This document shows positions 43,655-55,641 of a DNA stretch of 64,000 bases, one piece after another. Source of the stretch: Zygnema circumcarinatum SAG 698-1b. Taxonomy: Eukaryota > Plantae > Zygnematophyceae. Location of the stretch: positions 434,001 through 498,000 of the forward strand of contig CM074808.1 of NCBI GenBank assembly GCA_037447605.1, written 5' to 3'. The notes under the pieces are model-generated. The model searched no databases. It saw nothing but the letters and a program-made list of their open reading frames with translations, and was not told where the DNA came from. Position 1 is the stretch's first letter. Each line of letters begins with the position of its first letter. The position numbers were made by a program, and so were the translations under genes.

Positions 43655-43892
43655 TTTTTCTTTGTCCTTTCGTCCGTTGTGACCGCTCCTTTCGGTTCCC
43701 GATGTTGATTTGCTTCATGTACATTTGATGGCTTTGCCATCGTGAGTTCAATATACCATCTTTTCCTCTACATTGGGATGAGATGCGACAGTGATCTCAC
43801 GATGGCGATGATGCCATCAAATGTATATGGACTAAATCAGCATGCGGAACTACGAAGGACTGGGCGCAAGGGACCTAAGCACAAAAGCAAAA
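43655..43892. repeat. Foldback 2: second inverted pair of the same ~100-bp repeat
   Basis: Arm 43655-43753 (+) and arm 43790-43892 (-) both align by eye to 42824-42929. Confidence 0.85.
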
Positions 43893-43951
43893 GGCTAGAA
43901 GCATACTGTATTTCATTCTTAGCTGTGCAGGGTAGCCCCCAACGAACAGAA

Positions 43952-44031
43952 AGGACCGTTCCGGGTTCGAACCGGAGACCTATCGATTACAGGGACTGCA
44001 GTCGATTGCTCTACCACTGAGCTAACGATCC
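43952..44031 (-). tRNA. tRNA-Cys(GCA) with 8-nt intron (43988-43995)
   Basis: Exons identical to the 43191-43273 copy; intron tccctgta at the canonical 37/38 position. Confidence 0.95.
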
Positions 44032-44138
44032 GATATGCTGATTAAGACAAACGTAATTATTTGTTCCTGCTGTGTTATAAGAACCCCCTTTAAAAAAAAG
44101 CGGGAACGCGGGCGAGTGGGAGGGCCGGAGGGGCCGCC

Positions 44139-47100
44139 ATGCGGAGGGGCAGGCCAGCTGGCCGCTCCGGGGGGAGGACACGTGGCGGCACCCGGCTGGC
44201 CGGCTGCCCTCTCTGCGGCTGCCACGTGGCGCAGACGCTCCTCTCCTCGCACGTGCAGCTCTGTCTCGAGCGGAGGGAGGTGGGGGAGGGCGGAGAGAGA
44301 GAGAGAGGGAATGGGAGAGAGAGAGTGGGGGGACGGGAGGGGGAAGATGCGGGAGTGAGAGAAGAGAAGGGAGGGAAAGGGTTGCGGAGGAGAGTAAAGG
44401 TATGGGAAGCGAAGAAGAGGGTGGAGGAGGGAGAGAGGGGATGGGAGGAGGGAGGGGAGGGAGATGGGAGAGAGGAGAGAGAGGAGAGCGAGGAGGGAGA
44501 GGTGAAGGTGGAAAGCTCAGGAAGGCTGCCAGAGTTGGGGTTTTCGGAGCCAATGAAAAGTGGAGAAAAACAATCGGTCCAAGAATGTAATAGTTCTGAA
44601 AGTGACGAGCGATGTACTCGAGACATTTTCCAAAAAAAGAGAAAAATTCCATTTGGGGATTGTGGGGCCGAGCTAATGCTGGGGGCGTGCGAGCTCAATT
44701 TTGAAATATGTTCCTCCAAAAAATTGATATTAGCAGATAGAACTGACGACGGAACACATGTCGAATCTCCTTCAGTTAAAGTGCAGTTGGGGCCTCCGTT
44801 AGAGGCTCCCCCTAAACCGTTAAATCTGTTAAAGTCTGAAAGGTTAACTCAGAAGCGAATTTCCATGTGGAGCAGAGAATGTTCCGCCACGGAGAAAAAG
44901 TGTAGAGTCAGCATCTTGCAGCCGGGGTGAGCTTCAAATTGAACTTTCCGAACCTGAAAAGGTTTGAAACCTCGGGACTTTTAATGCTAAAAATGATTTA
45001 AGATGGTTCTATTTCAATGGCTGTTTTACTGCTTTTATTGGACTCAAAAACGGTTTGAATGATTTCAGAGTTTCCGGTTTTACTGGATATTCCTCAATTC
45101 CATATGCCTATGCTTTTGAGTAAGATAACGTTAAGATCAAAAGTTTGATAGGCAATGTAGGTAGTTTGAATGTAGGTATAGTAATGTATTCAGTTTAGTT
45201 GTAAAAAACATTATCGGTTTGTAAGAGGAAAATGTAAGGATTTGCACTGTGTGCAGAATGGTGCTGATGCGCGGCAGGATTGGTCTACAGCAGCAGCAGA
45301 GAATGGTCCACGCGGCGCAGAGCATGGCTGGAAAATTCCACAGACCCCACACTGCAGGAGGGCGGAAATACCACCTCTACTCGGTATGAAGCCTCTCTCA
45401 TCCCCTCTCACTCCCCCCTTGCCTGCCTGCCTTCCTCCCTCCCTTCCTCTAACTCTCCCTCCCGCCCTCTCCCTTCCCTCTCCCTCTCCGCCTTTCTCGA
45501 CCTCTCCTCCTCCCGCACTCCCAATCGCGGTCCGCAGTCCTCCCTCCCTTTCTCTCTCTCGCTCTCTCGCTCTCTTTCCTCCCTCCCTCCCTCCCTCCCT
45601 GACCTTTTTTTCTCTTTTCCTCGCTCTCCTCTCAATAACTTTCAAACCACATTGTGGTTTGAAGGGCTTCAGACCTGCTGGGGTTCAAGATGGGACGGAC
45701 GAAATCTGCGATATGTGGCGGATCCCGAGAGCCCTCCCCTGCCCTCGTGGCTTTTTGAATTAGGGCAAACGCTGGCAGAGGAAGCGCACCAACACTCCGC
45801 AATGCTGCCGCCCGGGGCACCGTTTGAGCCTGATATCGGTCTCGTGAACTATTATCCGGTGAGGAAATACTGAAGGAGTCTCTGCCTGCTTTAGCTATGT
45901 TTGAGATGAGCTAGTCAGCTGTCTGGTTAGTTCACATCCTTACTTTTTTTGCTCTTTCACGACTCTTTTGCTCATTTCTCCCTTTCCCTCTCCCAACCTC
46001 CCTCTTGCCTCCTCTCTGCCTCTCTTCCTTTTCCCCTCGCTCCTCTCCCCCCTCTCCCCCCTCTCCCCCTCACCCTCCCCCTCTCTCTCCCCCCCCCCCT
46101 TTCGCTTGCCTCCCCTCTCCTCTCTTCCTTTTCCCCTCCCCCCTCCCCCCCTCGCCATCCCCCTCCTTCCCGCTCCCCCTCGCCCCATCTCCCCCCTCTC
46201 CCCCTCTCCCTCCCCTTCCTCTTCCCCCCCCCCCTCTCGCTTGCCTCCTCACTCCTCTCTTCCTTTTCCCCTCCCCCCTCTCCCCTCGTCCTCCCCCTCC
46301 TTCCCTCTCCCCCTCTCCCCCTCGCCCCCTCTCCCTCCCCCTCTTTCCCTCTCCCCCTCGCCCTTCTCCCTTCCCCTCTTCCCCCCTCCCTCCCGTGGCA
46401 CTGTATTGCAGGCGAAGGCTGAGGAGTTGGGAGTGATAGGGCTGGGAGGCCATCAGGATCTGGATGACACGTGTCTCATGCCGGTGGTAGGCTCCGCTCT
46501 CCCATTGGTCTGCCCTTCCTGCCTTCATCTCACATCACATCACATCCCACACTTCAACTCGAACCTTTCCTTCTTTGGAAGTTCTTTTCTAACTATTTCG
46601 ATAACTTTCTCCTTTTCTCAAACGATACGATCCTTCCTTTCTCCATTTCGTAATTTTGGACTCATCGGTTATCTGCTTTTCAGATCCCTTCATAATCCGA
46701 AAGAGAGTCTGAGTCATCATCGCATATTTTTACACTGCATCTTTATCTGTTTGTTTTAATCGCCTTTATTTTATTCTTTTTTCCATGCAGGTGAGTGTCA
46801 GTGTTGGTGACAGCATGACCTTCTTCTACCGCCGTCTCCCTCCCCTCTCCCGCAGGAGGAGTGGAGTGATGGTGCGAGTCGACCCGGGAGCTGCCAAGGA
46901 CTGCCAAGATGGAGACGCTGCTCACAATAGGTTTGAACCGTTTCTATGCTCTACAGTTCCGTTTTTAGGGTTTCCATAGACCTTTAAGGCTCCCAGACCC
47001 TTCATGATTTCCAAGCCTTTATCGTGTACAGTAATCTTCTCCTTTTTGGGTGTCCCTTCCCTTAATTGACTCTCCATTTTTTTTTTTTTTCTTTTTTTTT

Positions 47101-47304
47101 TTTTTAATTTCCTGCAGAGAACATGCAATCACTCTCGCAAGTGGCGACGTTCTCGTTTTTGGCGGAAGCTCGCGACTTGTGTTCCATGGAACCCGCAATC
47201 TTCAGAGCGGAACTAAATTGGCGGAGCTCAAGATGGCTGCAGGCCGACTCAACTTCACCTTCCGACAGCGCGACTTGCGGACTCCAACACACTTACCAAA
47301 TTAG
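44139..47304 (+). CDS. AlkB-family 2OG-Fe(II) dioxygenase (ALKBH1-like) with N-terminal UBZ4/Rad18-like zinc finger, 6 exons
   Basis: [20 protein letters not shown]; ILQPGMVLMRG; [11 protein letters not shown]; GLGGHQD (HxD); [10 protein letters not shown]; [19 protein letters not shown] (distal His); GRLNFTFR (RxxxxxR). Confidence 0.9.
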
Positions 47305-47926
47305 AGGGGGATTATCTGCAAGTGGACATTTCTGTGTCACACTTCACAAGTAATTTTTAGCTATGCTGAAGGCACCAATTATTGTAATCTTCCTCCGGCT
47401 GTACAAAGGCGACAAACACATTCCGGGATCGATTGTAGCGGTCTGTTTGTAATTGGAGTTAAGGGAAAATGGAAGGGTGGGGTTTTTAGAACGTATGTAA
47501 AGAAGTACGAATTGGGGGGAGCCGATGTGTCATTTTTTATCTGGCATTTGGCTGGAAGAATTTGCCATTCTGGACCACCTATCAACCGTCCCATATGTAC
47601 CCGAGCGTGCTCCATTATTGGGAAAAAGAAAAGACGAATAGAGAAAGGGTGGTGAAATGTGGCGAGTCCAACCCTACAGTACGCAACAGGTTCAGTTAAA
47701 AAAAAATAGCCCGGTACTCGCGTCTACATTTTCAGATTGCTCCCAAAAATTGCGTTGCAGATGGTGACACATCACCTTCATTTTGTACAGATTTGTTTGG
47801 AAAAATATTTTGATTTGTAAAGAAAAAAAAGAAAGGAGAAGCCTTGGATGGCACGCTCTATTCCTTTCTTGGCCTAAGATAAGAAAAAAATCCAGATAAT
47901 CAATTTATATTTGTCCTTTTCCCCTT

Positions 47927-48220
47927 TCACCAGGAAATTATTTTCCTCGTCGGCGGGCCCGCCAGTCTCGCAGACTCCGCCGCTTTCGCCACCATGAAAC
48001 TCTCCTCCCACCACTCGATCTTTGCCTCCGTCTCCAACTCCGAGCACGCGGGCAGAGACGCGCGAAGCAGCCCCTGCTCGATCCAAGGCACAAAGAATGA
48101 GAGGAGAGAGAGAGCGGGGAGAGAGAGAAAGAGGCGAGAGAGGTAGATAGGGGGAGAGGGAGAGAGGGAGAGAGGGAGAGAGGGGGGAGGGGGGNNNNNN
48201 NNNNGGGAGGGGGAGGGAGC

Positions 48221-48251
<31 letters not shown>

Positions 48252-51200
48252 GCAGAGAGAAGGAGAGGGAGAGGGAGAGGGAGAGGGAGAGAGAGAGGGA
48301 GAGGGAGAGGGAGGGAGAGAGAGAGAGAGAGAGAGCTTTCCTTCCATCACTAAAACCCTAAGCATCATGAACTAAACACCCCCCCACAGGTGAAAAAGCT
48401 TTCAAAAAACGGTGAACGGTTGATAGCGGTTTAACCTGATAGTGGTTGTTACGGGCGATGGAGGTGTTGAGATCCACTCCCCCGTCGATGGGATCCACCG
48501 GGCGGTGGACCTCCAGGACCCACACCTTCCGCGGGTTAACTGCGTACTTTCGGTGGCCCAAATAATTGAGGCACTGCTCGTTGGGGTACTTTGAGCTCAC
48601 GCAGTACATGTGCGGCCAATGGAAGGACATGCGCTCCACGGGCCAGAGCCGCCGTCCGTCGGAGTTTCTGCGGGAGAGAGAGAGAGAGAGGGAGAGAGGG
48701 AGAGAGGGAGAGAGGGAGAGAGGGAGAGAGGGAGAGAGAGAGGGAGAGAGAGGGAGAGAGAGGGAGAGAGAGAGAAAGAGGGAGAGAGAGAGAGAGAGAG
48801 AACAAACCCTAAAAGGAATTAGGGTTTGAGATTTTACAATCTTGAAACACTAATGAAGTCCTGAAACCCCACATTCCTAAACTGCTGAAACAACTGCACG
48901 ACATTTCTGAATCGCTAAAGTGCTAAATTTCTCGAATCCTGAAAGTCGAAAAGAACCACAAAAACACTCCAAAATGCCTGCGAAAGTGAAACGCAAGTGT
49001 GAATTCTTACCTGCATTTCCTGACGGACCACCATAGGCTGCCAAATGTCACATAGGGGGCCTCGGAATGCTCCTTCAGGATACCCCTCAGAGTGCGGGGA
49101 GGGTCCACATAGAGATATTCGTCAAAGTCGAAAAAAATGGTCCACTTTGCGGTCCATCGCGTGCGGTAGAGACAGTCGTTGAGAGTGAGAACGTTATGTT
49201 TTGACTCGAACTGAAACTGAGCTCGAATGTCTACGATTTCCATGAGGCCTGCGGAAACATATGGATCGAGAAACTGCGGGAGAGGAGAGGGAGAGGGAGA
49301 GGGAGAGGGAGAGGGAGAGGGAGAGGGAGAGGGAGAGGGAGAGGGAGAGGGAGAGGGAGAGGGAGGGAGGGAGAGGGAGAGGGAGGAGAGGGAGAGGGAG
49401 AGGGAGAGGGAGAGGAGTGGGGTTCAGAGCCTCGCTCGTGCTTTAAGTGGCTAGGGTTTTGGGAGAAGTAAATTTTTAGGGTTCGTAGTGGGAGGGAGAT
49501 CAAGAAGAGTCATTTAGCACAAACCAGCATCGGAACTTCTTCAGAAAAAAGGAACGGGGAATTTGAAGGCTTTCGGCACATGAAATACTTTTCAATTCGA
49601 AAAACTGCCCTTCCTCTCCCTCCGCCTCCTCTCCCCCTCACGGGTCGACATGCATGAAAACGGTGTAACGAGCCTCATGTGAAAATAAATACATGAATGA
49701 AAAAAATAGAAAAATAGAAGCATTTTCACCTCCATGAATGATGCGTCGATGGACCCTCCATCATGAAGCACGAAATAGTCGACATTTAGCACTCGGTATG
49801 CGTACTGCATACCATTCCCGAACAACCCATCGCCCTTCACACCTGTTAAAAGGCTTGTAAAATAAGTAATGTTAAAGTCTATGATATGTCTCCAACATAG
49901 ACTACAAACACTGAAGGCTGAACTAAACGACAACGCCCTTCTCTCCCTCTTCCCCTCCCTAGACCCTCTCTCTCGACTCGTCTTTTCCCAACCCCTCCCT
50001 GTCACTATCTCCCTAACACTCCCCCTTCACTCGCGCTCCCCCGCTCCCCCTTCCTCTCCCTTCCTCTCCCTTTCACTCTTCCCATGCCTCCTTTTCCACT
50101 CCTCCCCTCTCCCTCCTTCCGTCATTCCCCTCCCTCTCCTCCCTCCCTCCCCCACTCCCCCTCTCCCTCCCTCCCCCTCTCTCCACCTCCTCTAACCCGT
50201 TCCCTCTCCCTACTACCCCCCTCCTCCCCCTTCCCTCCTCCCCTCCCTCTCACATTCCCCCTTTCCCTCTCTCTGCGTCCCTCGCCCCTCCTATCCTCCT
50301 CTCTCCCTCACTCACCCCCCATCCCGCCTTCCCTCAATCACACTCCCCTCCCTTCCCCACTCCCTCTTCCTCCTTACCTCTCCCACTCTTACTTTTCCTC
50401 CCTCTCACTCCCTCTCCTCCCCCTCTCCCATTCCCTCCCACCCTAGCCCTAAACCCCCTCCCTCTCCCACTTCCACCTTCCCTCTCTCCCTCCCACTTCG
50501 ACTCCCCCTTCGCCTCCCCCCTCCTCCCCCCTTCCACCTTCCCCCNNNNNNNNNNCTCCCTCCCTCCCTCCCTCCCAGACCCACATTCTTACCTGCACCC
50601 ACTCCGCGAGTCGCTGCGGCAGCACCTCCCTGTAGACGGGGAAGGAGCAGAAGGCGAGCTCGTGCTTGAAGGGCGCAGTGGGCTCCAACTCGTACCGCCC
50701 ACTCTCCTCGCGGTAGACCGCAGCTACCTCCTCGTCTGCCCTCCCACAACAGAATAAAAATAGCCCTCCAAAACCCTAAGCAACCCAGTTTCTTAAACCC
50801 TCAACCGCAGAAAACAGCATGAAAAAAAGACTCTTCAGAAGCCCCTCCCCTTCTCTCCCTCAATCCGAAGGCTTCTTGGGGTTTCCAAAGGAAATAGGTT
50901 ACCAGAAATTTTAGAGTTTTTAGCAATAGAGACTTTAGGGTTTACGCGGGTAGTACCGATCGTCATGAAGAGCGTTCCTGGCAGCCCTGGGGGAGTGCCT
51001 TTTTCTAAGTCGCAGCGATATATGGCGGATTCATACATGAGATCGTGATGCTCTCCAGGCCAAATTCGCTGCAAAGCGCCTTCTATTCGGCTGTAGTCGC
51101 CCGCCACCCATTGGCATCTCCTCCCCTGCAAAATACCCCCAATTGAAGAAAGGAAAAAGGGAAAGAGGGGTGGGATGAGCACGCTTTGAAAGGGCACATT

Positions 51201-53026
51201 GTGGTGTATGTCCCCTTCTCCCCTCCTCTTCTCTCCTTCCCCTCCCCCTCACGTCCTACCCCTCTCCTCCCTCCTCCTCCTCCCTCCCTCCCCCCACCTC
51301 CCCCTCCCCCCCTCCCCCTCCCCCCTCCCCCCCTCCCCCTCCTCCCTCCTCCCTCCTCCCTCCTCCCCTCCTCCCTCCTCCTCCCTCCTCCCTCCCTCCC
51401 TCCCCCCTCCCCCTCCCCCCCTCCCCCCCTCCCCCCCTCCCCCCCTCTTCCCCCTCCCCCTCCTCCCCTCCCCACTCCCTCCCCCCTCCCCCTCCCCCTC
51501 CCCTCCCCACTCCCCTCCCCCCTCCCCCCCTCCCCCCCTCTTCCCCCCTCCCCCTCCCCCTCCCCCTCCCCTCCTCCCTCCTCCCTCCTCCCTCCTCCCT
51601 CCTCCCTCCTCCCTCCTCCCTCCTCCCTCCTCCCTCCCTCCCCCCTCCCCCCTCCCCCCCTCCCCCCTCCCCCTCCCCCTCCCCACTCCCCTCCCCCTCC
51701 CCTCCCTCCCCTCCCCTCCTCCTCCCCTCCCCCTCCCCCTCCCCGTCTCCCCTCCCTCTCCCTCTCCCTCTCCCTCACCTGCTTGTGTTCGTGCAGAGGG
51801 AGCGCGGAGAGGCCGATCGCCACGAAGGTCCTCGCGGAGATGCGGTACGCGCTGCGCAGGAGGAAGGAGGCCATCCCGAGCGCCGCGAACCGCGCGGGCG
51901 CGCTCTCTGTGAGGAGGCGGTGGAGGAGCGGCCGCTCGGTCAGGCACGGGTTGGCGGTCGACCCGTTGTGGTCGATGTTCGCGCCCTCCACGTCAGCGCC
52001 TGCCATCTCAGCATTGCCACGTCAGCATTGCCACGTCAGCATTGACATGTCAGCGCGTGGAAGTCGAGTGGGCGCTGCGATTTTTAGGGTTGGAGGGATG
52101 GGGGGGAAGGAGGAGGGGTGGGGGAGTTTCGGAGGAAGGATTAAAGGGATCGGAGAGGAGATGGGGGACGGCAGAGAGGGAAAAAAGGAGGCGATTTTCT
52201 AGTACCCGATTATTCATTTATTTGGTATTTTTTTGGGACTCGGCAAGTTTGGACAATTGACCAATAGACTGCGAAATTTTACTGCGCTTTACGTGGATGA
52301 AAGGTAAGGCTGACATCCATTGCCTTTAATGCTCTCAAAAAAACACACTCTTTTGCAGGTTTTCATTTCCCACTCCCTCTTCTCTCCCTCGCCCTCGCAC
52401 ATTTCCCATCCTCCCTATCCGTCTTCCCCCACATTGCCTCCCTCCAGCTCGCACTCCCGTCTTCCTTCCCTCTCCTTCCTCTCCTCATTCTCCGGCCTCC
52501 CCCTTATCACACTCTCTCTCCCTCTCTCGCTCTCCCTCTCCCTCTCCCTCTTTCCCCTTCCCCCTCCCTCTCCCCCTTTCCCTTTGTCACCCTCCCTCTC
52601 TCTCCCCCTCTCTCCCCCTTTTTCTCCATCTCACCCTCTCCCTCTCCCTCTCCTCCTCTTTCCCCTCCCTCCCCCTCACCCCCCCTCCCCTTTCCCCTCC
52701 CCCTTCCATCTCCCACCTATCCTGAGCGGACTGGTGCTGGTGAGGCTCTCCAGCAAGGCGAGCTTCCCCGAGCGCGTCCACTCGTCCAGCAGCGGCGAGA
52801 GCTTAGAGGAGGCGGCTTTGCCGAGGCCGCCCGCCATGGCGCCCTCCTCCGTCGCCTTCCCCGGGGGGGAGGGCCGCCATAAGGCTCTGCGCACCAAGTC
52901 GTAGCCAATGGCGAGGCCGCCAAGCGCTAGTGCCACGACCACCACCCGTACAGCCAGTTGTCGCAGCCACGTGGCGCGCTGCCGGCCGCGCGGGGGCTTC
53001 ACTGAAGGGAACGGCAGCGAGGCCAT
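47927..53026 (-). CDS. Glycosyltransferase family 92 (galactan beta-1,4-galactosyltransferase GALS-like), type II membrane protein, 8 exons
   Basis: N-terminal TM segment; [33 protein letters not shown]; [19 protein letters not shown]; YFVLHDGG; [27 protein letters not shown] (DxD); [14 protein letters not shown]; NHYQG. Confidence 0.88.
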
Positions 53027-53096
53027 GGCGGCTGGCCCTTCAGGGAGGGTGTGGCGGTTGGAGGGAGGGAGGGGTGGGAAGGGCGANNNNNNNNNN

Positions 53097-54456
53097 CCTC
53101 CCCTCCCCCTCCCCGTCTCCCCTCCCTCTCCCTCTCCCTCTCCCTCACCTGCTTGTGTTCGTGCAGAGGGAGCGCGGAGAGGCCGATCGCCACGAAGGTC
53201 CTCGCGGAGATGCGGTACGCGCTGCGCAGGAGGAAGGAGGCCATCCCGAGCGCCGCGAACCGCGCGGGCGCGCTCTCTGTGAGGAGGCGGTGGAGGAGCG
53301 GCCGCTCGGTCAGGCACGGGTTGGCGGTCGACCCGTTGTGGTCGATGTTCGCGCCCTCCACGTCAGCGCCTGCCATCTCAGCATTGCCACGTCAGCATTG
53401 CCACGTCAGCATTGACATGTCAGCGCGTGGAAGTCGAGTGGGCGCTGCGATTTTTAGGGTTGGAGGGATGGGGGGGAAGGAGGAGGGGTGGGGGAGTTTC
53501 GGAGGAAGGATTAAAGGGATCGGAGAGGAGATGGGGGACGGCAGAGAGGGAAAAAAGGAGGCGATTTTCTAGTACCCGATTATTCATTTATTTGGTATTT
53601 TTTTGGGACTCGGCAAGTTTGGACAATTGACCAATAGACTGCGAAATTTTACTGCGCTTTACGTGGATGAAAGGTAAGGCTGACATCCATTGCCTTTAAT
53701 GCTCTCAAAAAAACACACTCTTTTGCAGGTTTTCATTTCCCACTCCCTCTTCTCTCCCTCGCCCTCGCACATTTCCCATCCTCCCTATCCGTCTTCCCCC
53801 ACATTGCCTCCCTCCAGCTCGCACTCCCGTCTTCCTTCCCTCTCCTTCCTCTCCTCATTCTCCGGCCTCCCCCTTATCACACTCTCTCTCCCTCTCTCGC
53901 TCTCCCTCTCCCTCTCCCTCTTTCCCCTTCCCCCTCCCTCTCCCCCTTTCCCTTTGTCACCCTCCCTCTCTCTCCCCCTCTCTCCCCCTTTTTCTCCATC
54001 TCACCCTCTCCCTCTCCCTCTCCTCCTCTTTCCCCTCCCTCCCCCTCACCCCCCCTCCCCTTTCCCCTCCCCCTTCCATCTCCCACCTATCCTGAGCGGA
54101 CTGGTGCTGGTGAGGCTCTCCAGCAAGGCGAGCTTCCCCGAGCGCGTCCACTCGTCCAGCAGCGGCGAGAGCTTAGAGGAGGCGGCTTTGCCGAGGCCGC
54201 CCGCCATGGCGCCCTCCTCCGTCGCCTTCCCCGGGGGGGAGGGCCGCCATAAGGCTCTGCGCACCAAGTCGTAGCCAATGGCGAGGCCGCCAAGCGCTAG
54301 TGCCACGACCACCACCCGTACAGCCAGTTGTCGCAGCCACGTGGCGCGCTGCCGGCCGCGCGGGGGCTTCACTGAAGGGAACGGCAGCGAGGCCATGGCG
54401 GCTGGCCCTTCAGGGAGGGTGTGGCGGTTGGAGGGAGGGAGGGGTGGGAAGGGCGA
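53097..54456. repeat. Apparently identical direct duplicate of 51727-53086 (GT92 exons 1-2 and intron 1), probable assembly overlap
   Basis: Same ORFs recur at a constant offset of 1370 and the copies abut a 10-N gap (53087-53096). Confidence 0.85.
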
Positions 54457-54507
54457 AAGAGCCAGCGGGAGGATGCCTGAGCGGAGCGAGAAAGGGAGGG
54501 GAGTAGG

Positions 54508-54553
<46 letters not shown>

Positions 54554-55641
54554 GATGGGGAGTGGGAGAGTGCGAGAGGTAGGGCGAGGAAGGACCGGAA
54601 CAGCTAGGCGGCTGCCTACGAGATTAGGTCTAACCATCATATCGCGAAAATCAATACCGATACGATATGGAAAGTACAATACGGCCTATACGAAATGATG
54701 AGCTTGTACAATTGTTTGTACTTTTGTGGGGGTGCCTCTGTACGAAAATGCTACGGTCGTTATTCAACTGTCAGAGCAGGACCGTCCGTATGGTTAGCTG
54801 TACCAATGTGGGACCGGGACCTTTTTTTGTCGTTTTCTGGGGAGAGTTTTACCTTCGGCTGCGGAGAAGCGTATTGGCCAAACGGAATCGTACGGACAAC
54901 CGACAGTCTGTAGAATGACTCGGTACACGTATGAGAAGGCAGAAAGCGACAAAATACGGTTTGACGGTTATTATAGTTAGTGGTTGGTGCCTATCTTGCG
55001 TTACCGTTGCCTTAGGAGCGGTTATGGAGAGAGACGGGCGGGTCGTCTGGGTGGTAGTGGAAGGGGAGGGGGAGGGGGGCTCATTGTATACAGTGACCGT
55101 ACTCGCGTTATAGTGACCATGTCGGTCCCCAAATATTTGTCTCACTATGTCCGTAATGACCCGTTTGTCACTTCACATGTAGAGTGACAAGGTTATTACA
55201 GATCAATGGGTCAGACTTAACACATGGCCAAATCAATTTAGAAAGCGTTTCGGGCGAATTAAGCATTGGCTAAGTACGCATTTCGGTACGGCTGGGTACG
55301 GCGGAGCCGCGGATCCCGACCCGGAATTCGTACACGAAACTTTGACTTTTAGTATACTAAATTCGGGAATTTAGTAACTCCGGGCTAAGTCTGACTCCCC
55401 CTATTGTATATGGTGAGGTTTGGGAGGGTCGGTGCTGATAGAACAACCCTTGAAGTTGAAGTGGCGCCCTTGCTTGGAGATTTTTACGGCTTTGATTTAG
55501 ACAAAGTTATGCAGACCAAACGGGGCTGGTGCTCCTAACCCTAAAACCCTAGCTCTAATGATCCTATGAGTCCTAATATCGTAGATCACTAAAATGCTGT
55601 ATAAACAGACATACAAAGAGCCCAAATTTCCCTCCATCCCT

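Noticed and set aside
45940-46759. Pro-rich extensin-like ORFs (also 51186-52202, 29686-30789, 22860-23170)
   Set aside because: They are CT-rich intron tracts, open in several frames on both strands only because they lack stops.
54600-55400. Transposon remnant in CG-rich intergenic DNA (also 30790-31150)
   Set aside because: No TIR, TSD or transposase-like ORF could be identified by eye.
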